A stretch of DNA of 64,000 nt, taken from the IMG/VR virus record IMGVR_UViG_2974508059_000001, positions 160,001-224,000 of that record; one strand, 5' to 3'. Positions within the stretch are counted from its first letter, which is position 1; each line of letters begins with the position of its first letter. The position numbers and the translations under genes are program-made. The stretch is from a virus (lineage: Duplodnaviria; Caudoviricetes). Below are positions 8,685-17,482 of the stretch, one piece after another. The notes beneath the pieces were generated by a model that saw only the letters and a list, made by a program, of their open reading frames with translations, was not told the DNA's origin and ran no database searches.

Positions 8685-8712
8685 TTTTTTTACAGCAAGG
8701 GTCTAGGATATG
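8685..8712 (+). promoter_or_regulatory. Putative middle promoter TTTTAC-N15-TATG
   Basis: TTTTTTTAC AGCAAGGGTCTAGGA TATG upstream of SbcC. Confidence 0.65.
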
Positions 8713-8747
8713 GTAGATGTTTTGTTTCCTTTTTGGAACTCTTGCAA

Positions 8748-11261
8748 ATGTTAAAAGTCGAACGCATTATTCTCAAAGGTTTCACCGGTATGGGCTTGCA
8801 CGATATTGTCAAGTTCGACTTCACGGTGACCACCCCTGTGACCATTATTCTCGGTGGTAATGGCTCAGGAAAAAGCAGTCTCCTTTCCGTATACCTTCCT
8901 TTATGTCCCGCAAAAACTGATCTCTCTGATGGGGGTGAGTACACAAACTTTTCTCTTGTTGGTATCCAACGTTTTAAATTCCATGTCCGCCGTAAAGGCA
9001 GCAGTCTGATTTGTTGTATCGATAACCTCACCACCGGTGAGAACGTGGTCACTGACGTTAACCCGAAAGTGTATAACACCCACGTGGAATCCATGACCGG
9101 TCTTACCAAAGAAATCAAAGAACTTATTAACGGTGAGATCCAGCTGACGCGCGCGAATACCCCGCTGCGTAAAACGTGGTTCAGTAAAATGTCCACCTCG
9201 GACTTGGCCCACGCCTTGGGCTTTTATACCCGCTTGCGCAAACACTACAATGCGCTCGGTAACCAGATTGATTACGTCAGTGGCAAAATCTCGGACTCGC
9301 GTGTTCGCGTCATCGAAGACCAAGAGGCCCGTGAACGTTTAGAAAGTCGCATGGAAGAGATGCAGCAGGAAATCTCGCAACTCAACCGTGTGCTGGAAAA
9401 GCGCCCACCCACTGACCGTGCAATGACCCCCGCTGCGTTAAAAGAGCAGATGGAGAAGATGCGCAAAATCACCGACATGATTCTTGACGCAGACACCGTC
9501 ATTCCGACGCAAGAAATGATTGATGAAGAACAGCGTCTGTTGTTGGAAGCCCGTGAATGGGTTGCCTCCTCAGAAGCCACGCTCAAGGCGTATAACCGTG
9601 AACTGTCACAGTTAACCGATGAGCAAAACCGTCAGTCTTATTTGATGCGTAACCACAGTGGCCTGCAGACCACCATTGCCAGACTGGATGGTGAGTTGAC
9701 GACCCTGAAAACGGTGCGTCGGGTCTTCAGTGATTTGTTCGATGCCCAACGTTTCGTGGTGCCGGTGTTAGTAGATGCGGAAAGTCATGCCACTGAATTC
9801 ACAACGACCCTGACTCGCCTGATTGACCGCTTGCAGACCAACCGCCGTCTCAAGGAGATGGAAGAGGAATTGCAGCAGTACGACGTCAAGTGTTCGTACC
9901 AGAACGAAAAGATTGGACGCTGTGAGAATGTGTTGCGTAACCTGCAACACGATTTAAAGCATTACCACGATACCAGTGAAGTGGATTGCCCACAGTGCCA
10001 GTTCCATTTCCGTCCGGGTGTGACCCGCAGTCTGGAAGCGTTAACCGGTGAGTACAACCAGAACGAGACGTATCTGGCCCAGCTCAAAACGGACATGGAC
10101 ACGTTGATGCGTGACCGGGGTGAGATAGAGGAGGAGGTATCGAATCTGCGCAACATTCGCGGCATCATCATGACCTACTCCCGTGACCCGGTGCTGTCTA
10201 TCCTCTTCAAGCGTCTGCAGGAAGAGGAGGCGTTTACCACCAACCGTTCACGCTTCGGTAGTTTAGTGATGGCATTCTTTGATGAGCTGCGCGAAGCCCA
10301 GCATTATCTGCGCTTGGTGGAGCAGCTGGATAAGGCCAATCGGGAGTGGCAGGAAGCCGCCATGACGGTCGGGAATGTCGATACGGTGTTGCCTGAGAAG
10401 ATCCGTCGTTTAGAGGAACAAATCAACACTACCACACAGGCGCTCTCAGAGCACCGTCAGTACGCGCAAGAGAAAAACCAGAGTGTGAGTCGACTGAGTG
10501 TGTTAAACACCTCTGTAGCGGCGTTTGAGGCTTTCTACGCGGACTTCCAGCGCAGTTTGGTTGTTGCCCGTAACACAACGATTGTCGAGCACCTCAATCA
10601 AGCCCGTGAAAGCAAGCTGGATGCTTACGCCACGGCCCGCGACCGTTATCGTCAAATGACCAACGAGTTAGACCAGTTGGCCACCATGGAAAAAGATTTG
10701 GCTGCCCTGCAAGCTGAACGCCATGAGGCAAGGCAGATGATAACGGCATGGTCACCGGAGCAAGGTGTGCTGCGCAAATATTACTACAAAGCCATCGTGC
10801 GTATCACCGAGATGATGAACCACTATGTTGACTTGGTCTGGTCGTACCCAATGCGGGTCATGCCCTGCGACATGTCCGACGGCGAGTTGGATTATTTATT
10901 CCCCTTTAAGCTCAAAGACAAGGAAGAGCTGGCACCCGATGTCTGTAAAGGATCGAAAGCCCAAAAGGCAATGTTTGACTTGGCATACCGCTTAACGAGT
11001 TACAAGGGACTGGGTTTACAGAATTTCCCCTTGTTATTAGATGAGCCTTCTGAGGGCATGGATGAAGCCCACCGTCACCGTTTGGTTGATTTTATTAAAC
11101 GGTTATCTTCCAGCGGTGAGTTTTCTCAGTTGATCGTTGTATCGCACGATTCGGATGTGCATTCCAAACTGAACGAGGCCTCGTATTGCGTGGTCGAACC
11201 AGAAGGCGTGACGTTGCCGGACGTGTATAATGAACATGTCAAGATTCAATACGCGGAATAA
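8748..11261 (+). CDS. sbcC: SbcC/Rad50-like SMC-family ATPase
   Basis: Walker A GGNGSGKS, long coiled coils, zinc hook CPQC, Walker B LLLDEP, H-loop VSHD. Confidence 0.92.
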   Translation: MLKVERIILKGFTGMGLHDIVKFDFTVTTPVTIILGGNGSGKSSLLSVYLPLCPAKTDLSDGGEYTNFSLVGIQRFKFHVRRKGSSLICCIDNLTTGENVVTDVNPKVYNTHVESMTGLTKEIKELINGEIQLTRANTPLRKTWFSKMSTSDLAHALGFYTRLRKHYNALGNQIDYVSGKISDSRVRVIEDQEARERLESRMEEMQQEISQLNRVLEKRPPTDRAMTPAALKEQMEKMRKITDMILDADTVIPTQEMIDEEQRLLLEAREWVASSEATLKAYNRELSQLTDEQNRQSYLMRNHSGLQTTIARLDGELTTLKTVRRVFSDLFDAQRFVVPVLVDAESHATEFTTTLTRLIDRLQTNRRLKEMEEELQQYDVKCSYQNEKIGRCENVLRNLQHDLKHYHDTSEVDCPQCQFHFRPGVTRSLEALTGEYNQNETYLAQLKTDMDTLMRDRGEIEEEVSNLRNIRGIIMTYSRDPVLSILFKRLQEEEAFTTNRSRFGSLVMAFFDELREAQHYLRLVEQLDKANREWQEAAMTVGNVDTVLPEKIRRLEEQINTTTQALSEHRQYAQEKNQSVSRLSVLNTSVAAFEAFYADFQRSLVVARNTTIVEHLNQARESKLDAYATARDRYRQMTNELDQLATMEKDLAALQAERHEARQMITAWSPEQGVLRKYYYKAIVRITEMMNHYVDLVWSYPMRVMPCDMSDGELDYLFPFKLKDKEELAPDVCKGSKAQKAMFDLAYRLTSYKGLGLQNFPLLLDEPSEGMDEAHRHRLVDFIKRLSSSGEFSQLIVVSHDSDVHSKLNEASYCVVEPEGVTLPDVYNEHVKIQYAE

Positions 11262-11264
11262 TTA

Positions 11265-11444
11265 ATGCGCACTTTACTCACAGCAATCATTTGGGTTTTT
11301 GGTTTCCTCATCGCAATGGGTTCGATTATCGCCCTTGCCCTGGCCTCGTTTTTGTATTACATCGTGCCAATGGTCTTTGTTATTCCCGGTCGCGTCATCG
11401 GCTGGACTGAACAAGGTGCGGAGCCATGCCTAAAGAAACGTTAA
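11265..11444 (+). CDS. Small membrane protein (59 aa)
   Basis: Below ORF-track cutoff; MRTLLTAIIWVFGFLIAMGSIIALALASFLYYIVPMVFVIPG. Confidence 0.6.
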   Translation: MRTLLTAIIWVFGFLIAMGSIIALALASFLYYIVPMVFVIPGRVIGWTEQGAEPCLKKR

Positions 11445-11812
11445 GTAAACTACACGACGTTGCCATTCCGCTGTACGGCATTAACTTATTGGTGGCGGTC
11501 TGTCCTGACGCTGCCCGTGAGTTTGACCCGTACATGGACCTGCACCCAGATTGTTCGGCTGAGGTGTACGTGTTCCATCACGGTGAACGCCGTCATGCGT
11601 ATATCGGTGTGGTGTTTGAAAACGTGAACGCTGCGGATGCGAATACCGTGGCGCACGAAGCAGTTCATGCGGCGTGGCGAACGTTGGAGTGGGTTGGGAT
11701 TAAGGCTACGGTTGACAACCAAGAAGCGCTTGCGTATCTGGTGGGATGGGTGGCTCAGGAAATAACTGATTTTGTTACGCCTCATCGTAAGGCAAAAAGG
11801 AAGAAGAAATGA
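11426..11812 (+). CDS. HExxH zinc-metallopeptidase-like protein
   Basis: TVAHEAVHAAW followed by NQEALAYLVGW. Confidence 0.65.
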   Translation: MPKETLSKLHDVAIPLYGINLLVAVCPDAAREFDPYMDLHPDCSAEVYVFHHGERRHAYIGVVFENVNAADANTVAHEAVHAAWRTLEWVGIKATVDNQEALAYLVGWVAQEITDFVTPHRKAKRKKK

Positions 11813-11916
11813 TTACTGGACTCGTGTTATCGGGAGTATGTCTGTGGATTATCGCCAAGGCATTCGGTTATATCCTCCGGGATGTAAAACGCAAGGAGGC
11901 CTTTCGTGAAGGGTGA
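11809..11916 (+). CDS. Small membrane peptide (35 aa)
   Basis: ATGA overlap with previous stop; MITGLVLSGVCLWIIAKAFGYILRDVKRKE. Confidence 0.55.
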   Translation: MITGLVLSGVCLWIIAKAFGYILRDVKRKEAFREG

Positions 11917-12046
11917 CTTGTGGTTTAGTGTTCTCACCAAAGGTGAGATGGTAGTAGGCGGCCTGATGGCCGTGGTGTTTGGTTTGGCCGTGTTACTTGA
12001 TCAATATAAACGGAGAAAGCGTCATGGAAGAGATGACCATTTTTAG
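11906..12046 (+). CDS. Small membrane peptide (46 aa)
   Basis: AGGAGG SD, GTG start; hydrophobic VVGGLMAVVFGLAVLL then basic tail. Confidence 0.6.
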   Translation: MKGDLWFSVLTKGEMVVGGLMAVVFGLAVLLDQYKRRKRHGRDDHF

Positions 12047-12329
12047 AGTAATCTGCAACAGCATCTGTTTGTTTGCGTTGTTTGGTGAACTGGCGCTGTT
12101 GACATTGGTGCGCGCTCGTTGTAATTGGGTTTGCCCCTGCACAGCGGAACTGCGACCGGTTGCTTGGCTGATTGTGATTGACACCATTGGCTTCACAGTC
12201 GGTATGGTCTACGCCAACTTGAGTGTCATGATACCGTTGACGTTGTTTGTCAGTACGTTATACATGGGACGCACAATCTGGCGTTGGGAAAAGAATGTTG
12301 ATACAAAGCGCGGATCTTCCTTATGCTAA
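12024..12329 (+). CDS. Membrane protein (about 3 TM)
   Basis: GGAG SD; three hydrophobic segments. Confidence 0.7.
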   Translation: MEEMTIFRVICNSICLFALFGELALLTLVRARCNWVCPCTAELRPVAWLIVIDTIGFTVGMVYANLSVMIPLTLFVSTLYMGRTIWRWEKNVDTKRGSSLC

Positions 12330-12430
12330 AATTTATCGTGTGGTGTGGTAAGATGGTAATCTACGTTGGCGCAGCCAGCGTAGCCACTGTTTTCGGTGCT
12401 GTCTTAGCACTCACGCAAGGCTGGTTCTAA
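12323..12430 (+). CDS. Small membrane peptide (35 aa)
   Basis: MLKFIVWCGKMVIYVGAASVATVFGAVLALTQGWF overlapping previous stop. Confidence 0.5.
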   Translation: MLKFIVWCGKMVIYVGAASVATVFGAVLALTQGWF

Positions 12431-12447
12431 TTTCAGAGGAGTAAGGT

Positions 12448-12639
12448 GTGGACAAATCTGAAGGACGATTGATACGACGGGTTGGCGGTGCGGTTATGCC
12501 GGACAGATGTCGAACGTTCACGTTCGAGGTCGAGCAGCAACCAAAGGAGAACCCCGAACGAATGCGGGGCGATGGGCGAAGGGAACTTCGCAGTACGCGG
12601 TCTGGGTTTACCTACCCGGTGGCGAGGCGACGTGGCTGA
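12448..12639 (+). CDS. Hypothetical basic protein
   Basis: GAGGAG SD, GTG start. Confidence 0.55.
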   Translation: MDKSEGRLIRRVGGAVMPDRCRTFTFEVEQQPKENPERMRGDGRRELRSTRSGFTYPVARRRG

Positions 12640-12850
12640 CGAACCGTTAGATGAACGTGAAGTGGTAGTGGTGGGCATGGGTTACATCGGTTTGGTTGGT
12701 TCCAGGCTGCGACCCGACCCTGCCAGCGGGTTTCCTTTTGCACAGGAAGCTGAGGTCATGGGTACTCGCAAACTAGCACGCTACGAATCCGGTGAAGACT
12801 GGAGAGGGACTCAGCGACGCCATCAGGCGAACCGTAAGTATCGGAGGTAA
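12632..12850 (+). CDS. Hypothetical protein
   Basis: GAGG SD, GTG start overlapping previous stop (MADEPLDERE...). Confidence 0.5.
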   Translation: MADEPLDEREVVVVGMGYIGLVGSRLRPDPASGFPFAQEAEVMGTRKLARYESGEDWRGTQRRHQANRKYRR

Positions 12851-12867
12851 ATCTGGAACTTTCGGAT

Positions 12868-13323
12868 TTGGGTGTAGAATACGTGACGGACGAGCAAGCG
12901 CTAGCTCAAGCAGATCACAATACACTCTTAGCTATGTATCAGCACTTTCTGGAAGAACACGGCAGAATGGTGCAGGGTACAGACGTAGTAAAACCAAGTG
13001 TGCATGCGCTGCTGGATAACGACATGTGCCTTGTTACTGCCCGATGGAAGGGCGGCTTAATCGGTTTTGTGACGTTCGGTATAACGGAAACACGCAATAT
13101 AGCGTTGCACGTTGTCTATACGTTACGCGAACGACGAAGGCGGGGCGTTGCGTCTGCATTGTTGGATGAAATACGCAGACAGCATCCGGAAAAAAGAATG
13201 GTAGCGGAAGTCTACCAGCGTAACCAACCTGCTTTACGTTTGTTCACGAAACATTATTTTACTTTCGTATTCTGTACTGGCTGGGCTAGTGCAGTTCGAG
13301 AAATAGGAAATCCGTATCCATGA
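12868..13323 (+). CDS. GNAT-family acetyltransferase
   Basis: LIGFVTF, VVYTLRERRRRGVASALL (motif A), NQPALRLFTK. Confidence 0.8.
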   Translation: MGVEYVTDEQALAQADHNTLLAMYQHFLEEHGRMVQGTDVVKPSVHALLDNDMCLVTARWKGGLIGFVTFGITETRNIALHVVYTLRERRRRGVASALLDEIRRQHPEKRMVAEVYQRNQPALRLFTKHYFTFVFCTGWASAVREIGNPYP

Positions 13324-13802
13324 CCACCGTTACAATTTTGGCAGACATTCATTCGTTATCTGATTCACAGCAAAAGCAGTTGTTGGCATTGCATTATAAA
13401 TTTCTTAACTATCAGCGAATGGTTTTGAAAGTCGACCATGTTGTACCAAATGTAACGCTGGCGGCCATCGCTGCAGGCAACCAGTGTGCAGTTGCATTTG
13501 ACGATAACCAGACCGTTATCGGTTATTGCTTCTTCCGTTCGAATGCTGTCCAGATAGGCTTGCGTTGCCTGTTTGTCTCTGAGGCACATCGTCGTAAGTA
13601 TGTAATGACTGCTATCCTTTCTGCCGTGTCAGAAAGTTCGAACCACGAGTCTATTTCAGCCACTGTCTTCAAAGACAACTACCTCGGTGTGCAGATGTTC
13701 AAAGCACTGGGGTTTGTTGATGAAGAACGCAACGGATGGCTTGACTTTAACCTGAAAGTCAAAGCAGGCATTACTCATCCTAATGCCCTGCAGTCTGCCT
13801 AA
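13320..13802 (+). CDS. GNAT-family acetyltransferase (paralog of upstream gene)
   Basis: VIGYCFF, LFVSEAHRRKYVMTAIL, DNYLGVQMFKALGF. Confidence 0.8.
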   Translation: MTTVTILADIHSLSDSQQKQLLALHYKFLNYQRMVLKVDHVVPNVTLAAIAAGNQCAVAFDDNQTVIGYCFFRSNAVQIGLRCLFVSEAHRRKYVMTAILSAVSESSNHESISATVFKDNYLGVQMFKALGFVDEERNGWLDFNLKVKAGITHPNALQSA

Positions 13803-13815
13803 GTAACACTACCTC

Positions 13816-13884
13816 GCTTCCCTTACGTATTGAGCCTATTACTCTGAGAGTAAATTCGCTCTTTTTACGTAGGGGAAGCTTTTT
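13816..13884 (+). terminator. Long hairpin plus T tract (terminator or structured element)
   Basis: 14-bp outer stem GCTTCCCTTACGTA/TACGTAGGGGAAGC, inner stems GAGC/GCTC and TTACTC/GAGTAA. Confidence 0.6.
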
Positions 13885-13887
13885 ATG
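13862..13887 (+). promoter_or_regulatory. Putative middle promoter TTTTTAC-N15-TATG
   Basis: Exact spacing, embedded in the 3' arm of the hairpin. Confidence 0.5.
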
Positions 13888-13990
13888 TTAAAACGCCAAA
13901 TTGCTGTCAACACAAAATCCTCCGGTATCAATACGGATCTGTGTTGGAATGAATACCAGCGCGCTGCGCCATTCTTACAGGAGTTTCTCA

Positions 13991-14290
13991 ATGGAGTTAA
14001 GTCAAAACGAGCGGATGTTGGACGGGTCGAAAGGGCACCCCTGCTCGCTGGTCCTGAGTTGGCAGCCGCCTGAGCCCGTGAGTCGTCGTAACGTTCTGGT
14101 TTCTTTTTTTGCCCAGAACGGAAACACCTTTTGTAACGTGGGCACTATTGGTCACGTTGATTGGGGGATGTCGCCTTTAACGGCTGCTGTACTTTATAAT
14201 CTCCCCGCTGCCCGTCACAAACTAAAAAGAGGTCGCGACTGGCTGATGCCTGATCACGTCCCCTATTACACACAAGCCCCAGTTTTTTAA
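13991..14290 (+). CDS. Hypothetical protein
   Basis: AGGAG SD before ATG at 13991 (MELSQNER...). Confidence 0.65.
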   Translation: MELSQNERMLDGSKGHPCSLVLSWQPPEPVSRRNVLVSFFAQNGNTFCNVGTIGHVDWGMSPLTAAVLYNLPAARHKLKRGRDWLMPDHVPYYTQAPVF

Positions 14291-14302
14291 GCAGGTAGCC
14301 GT

Positions 14303-14689
14303 ATGGATTGGCCCATTTACCACGTCTTTGGAACATCGCAGTTGGATGACTCTGATTACGCTGCGTTACTGAATCAATTGGCACGTATTGAGTCTACGCG
14401 TCTTCACATTGGCAACAGTGTCGAGACGCCGCTTTCTCGTTTAGTCGGTTCAGACTTTCGGTTGTTCGATGCAGAACACCTGAGGGAGTCTTGGATAAAC
14501 ACAGCACTGTGGCGTGAAGCGTACATGCTCCAGTGGGCAAAAGTGGATATCGAGAAAGTATGGGATTCCTTCGTGGATGACCGCCAGAAAGCCCAAGTCA
14601 TGCACGTGATTGAACTCATGAATCGCAAGACGGTTCGGCATGAGGGCTTGGACGCCGTTTTTGCGAGTTGGCAAAAAAGGAATAAATAG
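14303..14689 (+). CDS. Hypothetical protein
   Basis: 128 aa, operonic. Confidence 0.75.
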   Translation: MDWPIYHVFGTSQLDDSDYAALLNQLARIESTRLHIGNSVETPLSRLVGSDFRLFDAEHLRESWINTALWREAYMLQWAKVDIEKVWDSFVDDRQKAQVMHVIELMNRKTVRHEGLDAVFASWQKRNK

Positions 14690-14946
14690 TGGTAGACGAG
14701 AAAGGGGATTGGCTGGAACGATTGTTGCGGCCTTTCCATTCGAAGAAACCCGAGGAGAGAAAAGAACCGGAGTTGGCATACACTGCCATGGCGGCCCTTG
14801 AGTTGGATATCGAGCGGTCGATGGCGGATGAAGGCTATACGCAGGCGTTTGTGCGGGTGAGTACCAACACAACCACGATGCGCTTTACGGGGGACGGTAG
14901 ACGCACCCCCATCACGGTAACTATCAAAGTAGAGGAGGGATCATGA
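14689..14946 (+). CDS. Hypothetical protein
   Basis: Start overlaps previous stop. Confidence 0.7.
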   Translation: MVDEKGDWLERLLRPFHSKKPEERKEPELAYTAMAALELDIERSMADEGYTQAFVRVSTNTTTMRFTGDGRRTPITVTIKVEEGS

Positions 14947-15188
14947 AGATTATCAGTATTAAGTCCATGCCGGATAACTCCGGTATCGTTGAGATGTTTA
15001 ACGATGATGGCACGCTGTTTGGATTCGCTTTTGAGCCTTCGAAGGCCCACCGCGACGCGATGAAAGCTTGGACTGTCCCAACGCCCATCCCGAGCGGGAA
15101 TTTGCAGTGGGGTCAGTGGACGACGTACAACTCGCCCCTCACGGCAAAAATGGCACAGGTCACGTTGGCGGGGTTGCAACATGGATAA
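14943..15188 (+). CDS. Hypothetical protein
   Basis: GGAGG SD, ATGA overlap. Confidence 0.7.
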   Translation: MKIISIKSMPDNSGIVEMFNDDGTLFGFAFEPSKAHRDAMKAWTVPTPIPSGNLQWGQWTTYNSPLTAKMAQVTLAGLQHG

Positions 15189-15273
15189 CGAACAGCGAAA
15201 ACACCTCAAGGTGATCGTTGCTCGCTATGCCAATCGCCTTCTCAAGCAAATGAAAGAGAAAGAGAAAAACTAA
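15181..15273 (+). CDS. Small basic peptide (30 aa)
   Basis: MDNEQRKHLKVIVARYANRLLKQMKEKEKN exactly fills the gap between neighbours. Confidence 0.5.
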   Translation: MDNEQRKHLKVIVARYANRLLKQMKEKEKN

Positions 15274-15274
15274 T

Positions 15275-15766
15275 ATGTTAACATTGCACGATGAACTGAC
15301 CATACGTCAGAATCTGTTTAATGCGCCTCAGCGCTATAAGGTTGTGACGGTCAATTGTGTCGGAGCAATGGGCAAAGGCATCGCTCTCGAATGCCGTGAA
15401 CGCTACACACAGCTCTACCATGATTACCGTGCGCGTTGTCGCGCGGGTGAAATCGTCGTTGGTGAACTGACGGTTTATCAAGACGAAAACGTTATACTCT
15501 TCCCGACGAAAGTCCATTTTAAAGACCCCACACAGGTGTCTTATGTAACTCCTGCTTTGCATCGCCTAGCAGAACTTGCAGAACGGCTCGAGGGTGGCAT
15601 CGCACTGCCGCCTCTGGGTATGGCAAATGGTTGGCTTAAGTATTATCAGCGGGTGGAGGTTTGGAAAGGCTTACAGAACATTATTGCACCACTTGACGCG
15701 ACCGTGGACATGTACTTACCAACATGGCTACTGGAAGAAGCACAGCAAATATTCAGTGAAAAATAA
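15275..15766 (+). CDS. Macrodomain (ADP-ribose hydrolase, DarG/Appr-1-p-like)
   Basis: TVNCVGAMGKGIAL, ILFPTKVHFK, IALPPLGMANG motifs. Confidence 0.88.
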   Translation: MLTLHDELTIRQNLFNAPQRYKVVTVNCVGAMGKGIALECRERYTQLYHDYRARCRAGEIVVGELTVYQDENVILFPTKVHFKDPTQVSYVTPALHRLAELAERLEGGIALPPLGMANGWLKYYQRVEVWKGLQNIIAPLDATVDMYLPTWLLEEAQQIFSEK

Positions 15767-15769
15767 TTG

Positions 15770-15789
15770 AGACATATTTTATCAGCTTG
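15770..15789 (+). promoter_or_regulatory. Degenerate early promoter
   Basis: AGACATATTTTATCAGCTTG, four mismatches to consensus, intergenic. Confidence 0.35.
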
Positions 15790-15877
15790 AACTATCACAG
15801 AGGAGTGAATTGGCTGACCGCGCCGTTACGAATCGTTCGAAACGGAAAAGAAATACATCCTTTCGGAGAACCCATCC

Positions 15878-16585
15878 ATGTTTAAGTTTCTAACCATTTC
15901 CCTGTTAAGCTTAGTCGCCTTTACTGCACAAGCTTCTTATCAGGCAGAATACCAGGACCACTTGCAAGACCGTTTCGAAAAAGTACAGCCACTCATCTTA
16001 GAAGTGGCCCGTCAGCAGAATGTTGACCCGGTGTTACTCACCACCGCAATGTATAAAGAGTCGCGCTTTGACGTCAAAGCCAAGAACCCCAAAAGTACCG
16101 CCCGGGGTGGCATGCAAATGCTCAAGGGTACTGCGAAGGCCATGATTAGCAAACACGGCAAGGAGTTAGGCATTGCGCACGGCGCGAACCTAAACAATCC
16201 CCGTGTGGCGTTGAAACTCTCAGCGGCCTACCTTAAAGACATTGAACAAGAAATGAACGGTCGTCTTAAACGACCAGTGTCGAACAGCGAGATTTACCTC
16301 GGCTATAAGTTTGGCCCCGGTACCGCCGCTTCACTGATTAAATCCGGTAAACACCGCAAACGCAACGGCACCATTGCACAGTTCCGACGTGCAGCTGCTT
16401 TCTACGCAGACCTTACTCCAGCAGCCCCGAAGAAAAAGGCTGGGAAGTCCGTGCGGTTGGCTTTTGCGAAGACAAAGGATAACGACCTGAAAGAACTCCA
16501 AGGGGTCTGGACATCGCTTTACGGTAACGCTGTAACGAAACCGAACCCTGACACTGTACTGGCATCAAACCGCAATCTCTTTTAA
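15878..16585 (+). CDS. Lytic transglycosylase (SLT family) with signal peptide
   Basis: KESRFD catalytic Glu motif, ARGGMQML, AAYLK; N-terminal MFKFLTISLLSLVAFTAQA. Confidence 0.88.
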   Translation: MFKFLTISLLSLVAFTAQASYQAEYQDHLQDRFEKVQPLILEVARQQNVDPVLLTTAMYKESRFDVKAKNPKSTARGGMQMLKGTAKAMISKHGKELGIAHGANLNNPRVALKLSAAYLKDIEQEMNGRLKRPVSNSEIYLGYKFGPGTAASLIKSGKHRKRNGTIAQFRRAAAFYADLTPAAPKKKAGKSVRLAFAKTKDNDLKELQGVWTSLYGNAVTKPNPDTVLASNRNLF

Positions 16586-16596
16586 TAAGGATCAAT

Positions 16597-17112
16597 ATGA
16601 ACATCGTAGAACAACCGTGGTATCCTAAGCTGGTTCTCGCTGCCCAAGAAACGGCACGCGACGTTTACCAATTGGTGAAGGGCAGTGTGTCCGCAGAAGA
16701 CTCAGAGCAGTTTGATGAGAACTTCGCCGAGCTGCATGATTTCTTTGATGCGTTCCCAAGCGCCTTTGGGGATGACGAAGAAGAGATGATCGAGTTCGAC
16801 TGGAATGCGAACTTAGCACTGCTGTGGATCTGCGGTCTGCGTCCGGTTGTGGAAGAGACCGAAGTGGGTCATGTGCTGCTGTGGTTGCCGAAAGCCGGTT
16901 ACAGCCAAGACCTTATCTTCCGCGACGCGTACATGCAGGCAACGGTTGAACTGCAAAACCTCTTCTTTGAGAAGAGTGAGTATGCACAGCGTAGCTTCCT
17001 GACGATTCTGGAAAAGCTGGCCCGTACCCACACCCTGTGGCGTTCGGACGAAGCCCCGGAACATCAGTTCGTACTGGAATATAAAGTGGTGCCAAACCAA
17101 CCACTTATCTAA
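16597..17112 (+). CDS. Hypothetical acidic protein
   Basis: AAGGA SD, 171 aa. Confidence 0.8.
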   Translation: MNIVEQPWYPKLVLAAQETARDVYQLVKGSVSAEDSEQFDENFAELHDFFDAFPSAFGDDEEEMIEFDWNANLALLWICGLRPVVEETEVGHVLLWLPKAGYSQDLIFRDAYMQATVELQNLFFEKSEYAQRSFLTILEKLARTHTLWRSDEAPEHQFVLEYKVVPNQPLI

Positions 17113-17123
17113 AAGTAATCCTA

Positions 17124-17158
17124 CCCCGGTGGACTTCGGTCTGCCGGGCTTTTATTTT
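17124..17158 (+). terminator. Intrinsic terminator
   Basis: CCCGGTGGAC-TTCG-GTCTGCCGGG-CTTTT. Confidence 0.75.
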
Positions 17159-17170
17159 AAGGAGTGCCTG

Positions 17171-17482
17171 ATGCAGGCTTTCTTATCATTCATCTCCGGT
17201 CGTGTTTGGTTGTGGTTAAACCGCAACGAACATTGGTTGATTCCGCTTCTACGCAAAGCAGAGCACCCCATTCCTGAGAAGTCAGTGTGGCTTGTGTATT
17301 TCACACTGTGGATTCTTTTCGTCACCTTGCCGTTCCTCATTGTAGGATGGCTCTTTACACTAACACCCATCGCCGAGATATGTCGGATGGCCCTGTACAC
17401 AGTCTGGCTGATTTTGATGGTACCTGTCAGTCGCGCTGTGTTCGACCCGTTTACAGTCTGGCGTCGCACCAGGATTAAGTAA
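17171..17482 (+). CDS. Membrane protein
   Basis: AAGGAG SD; two hydrophobic helices. Confidence 0.7.
   Translation: MQAFLSFISGRVWLWLNRNEHWLIPLLRKAEHPIPEKSVWLVYFTLWILFVTLPFLIVGWLFTLTPIAEICRMALYTVWLILMVPVSRAVFDPFTVWRRTRIK

Noticed and set aside
13885-14073. 62-aa ORF starting at the TATG
   Set aside because: The ATG coincides with the putative start-site motif and the ORF overlaps the better-supported gene at 13991; a leaderless ORF cannot be excluded
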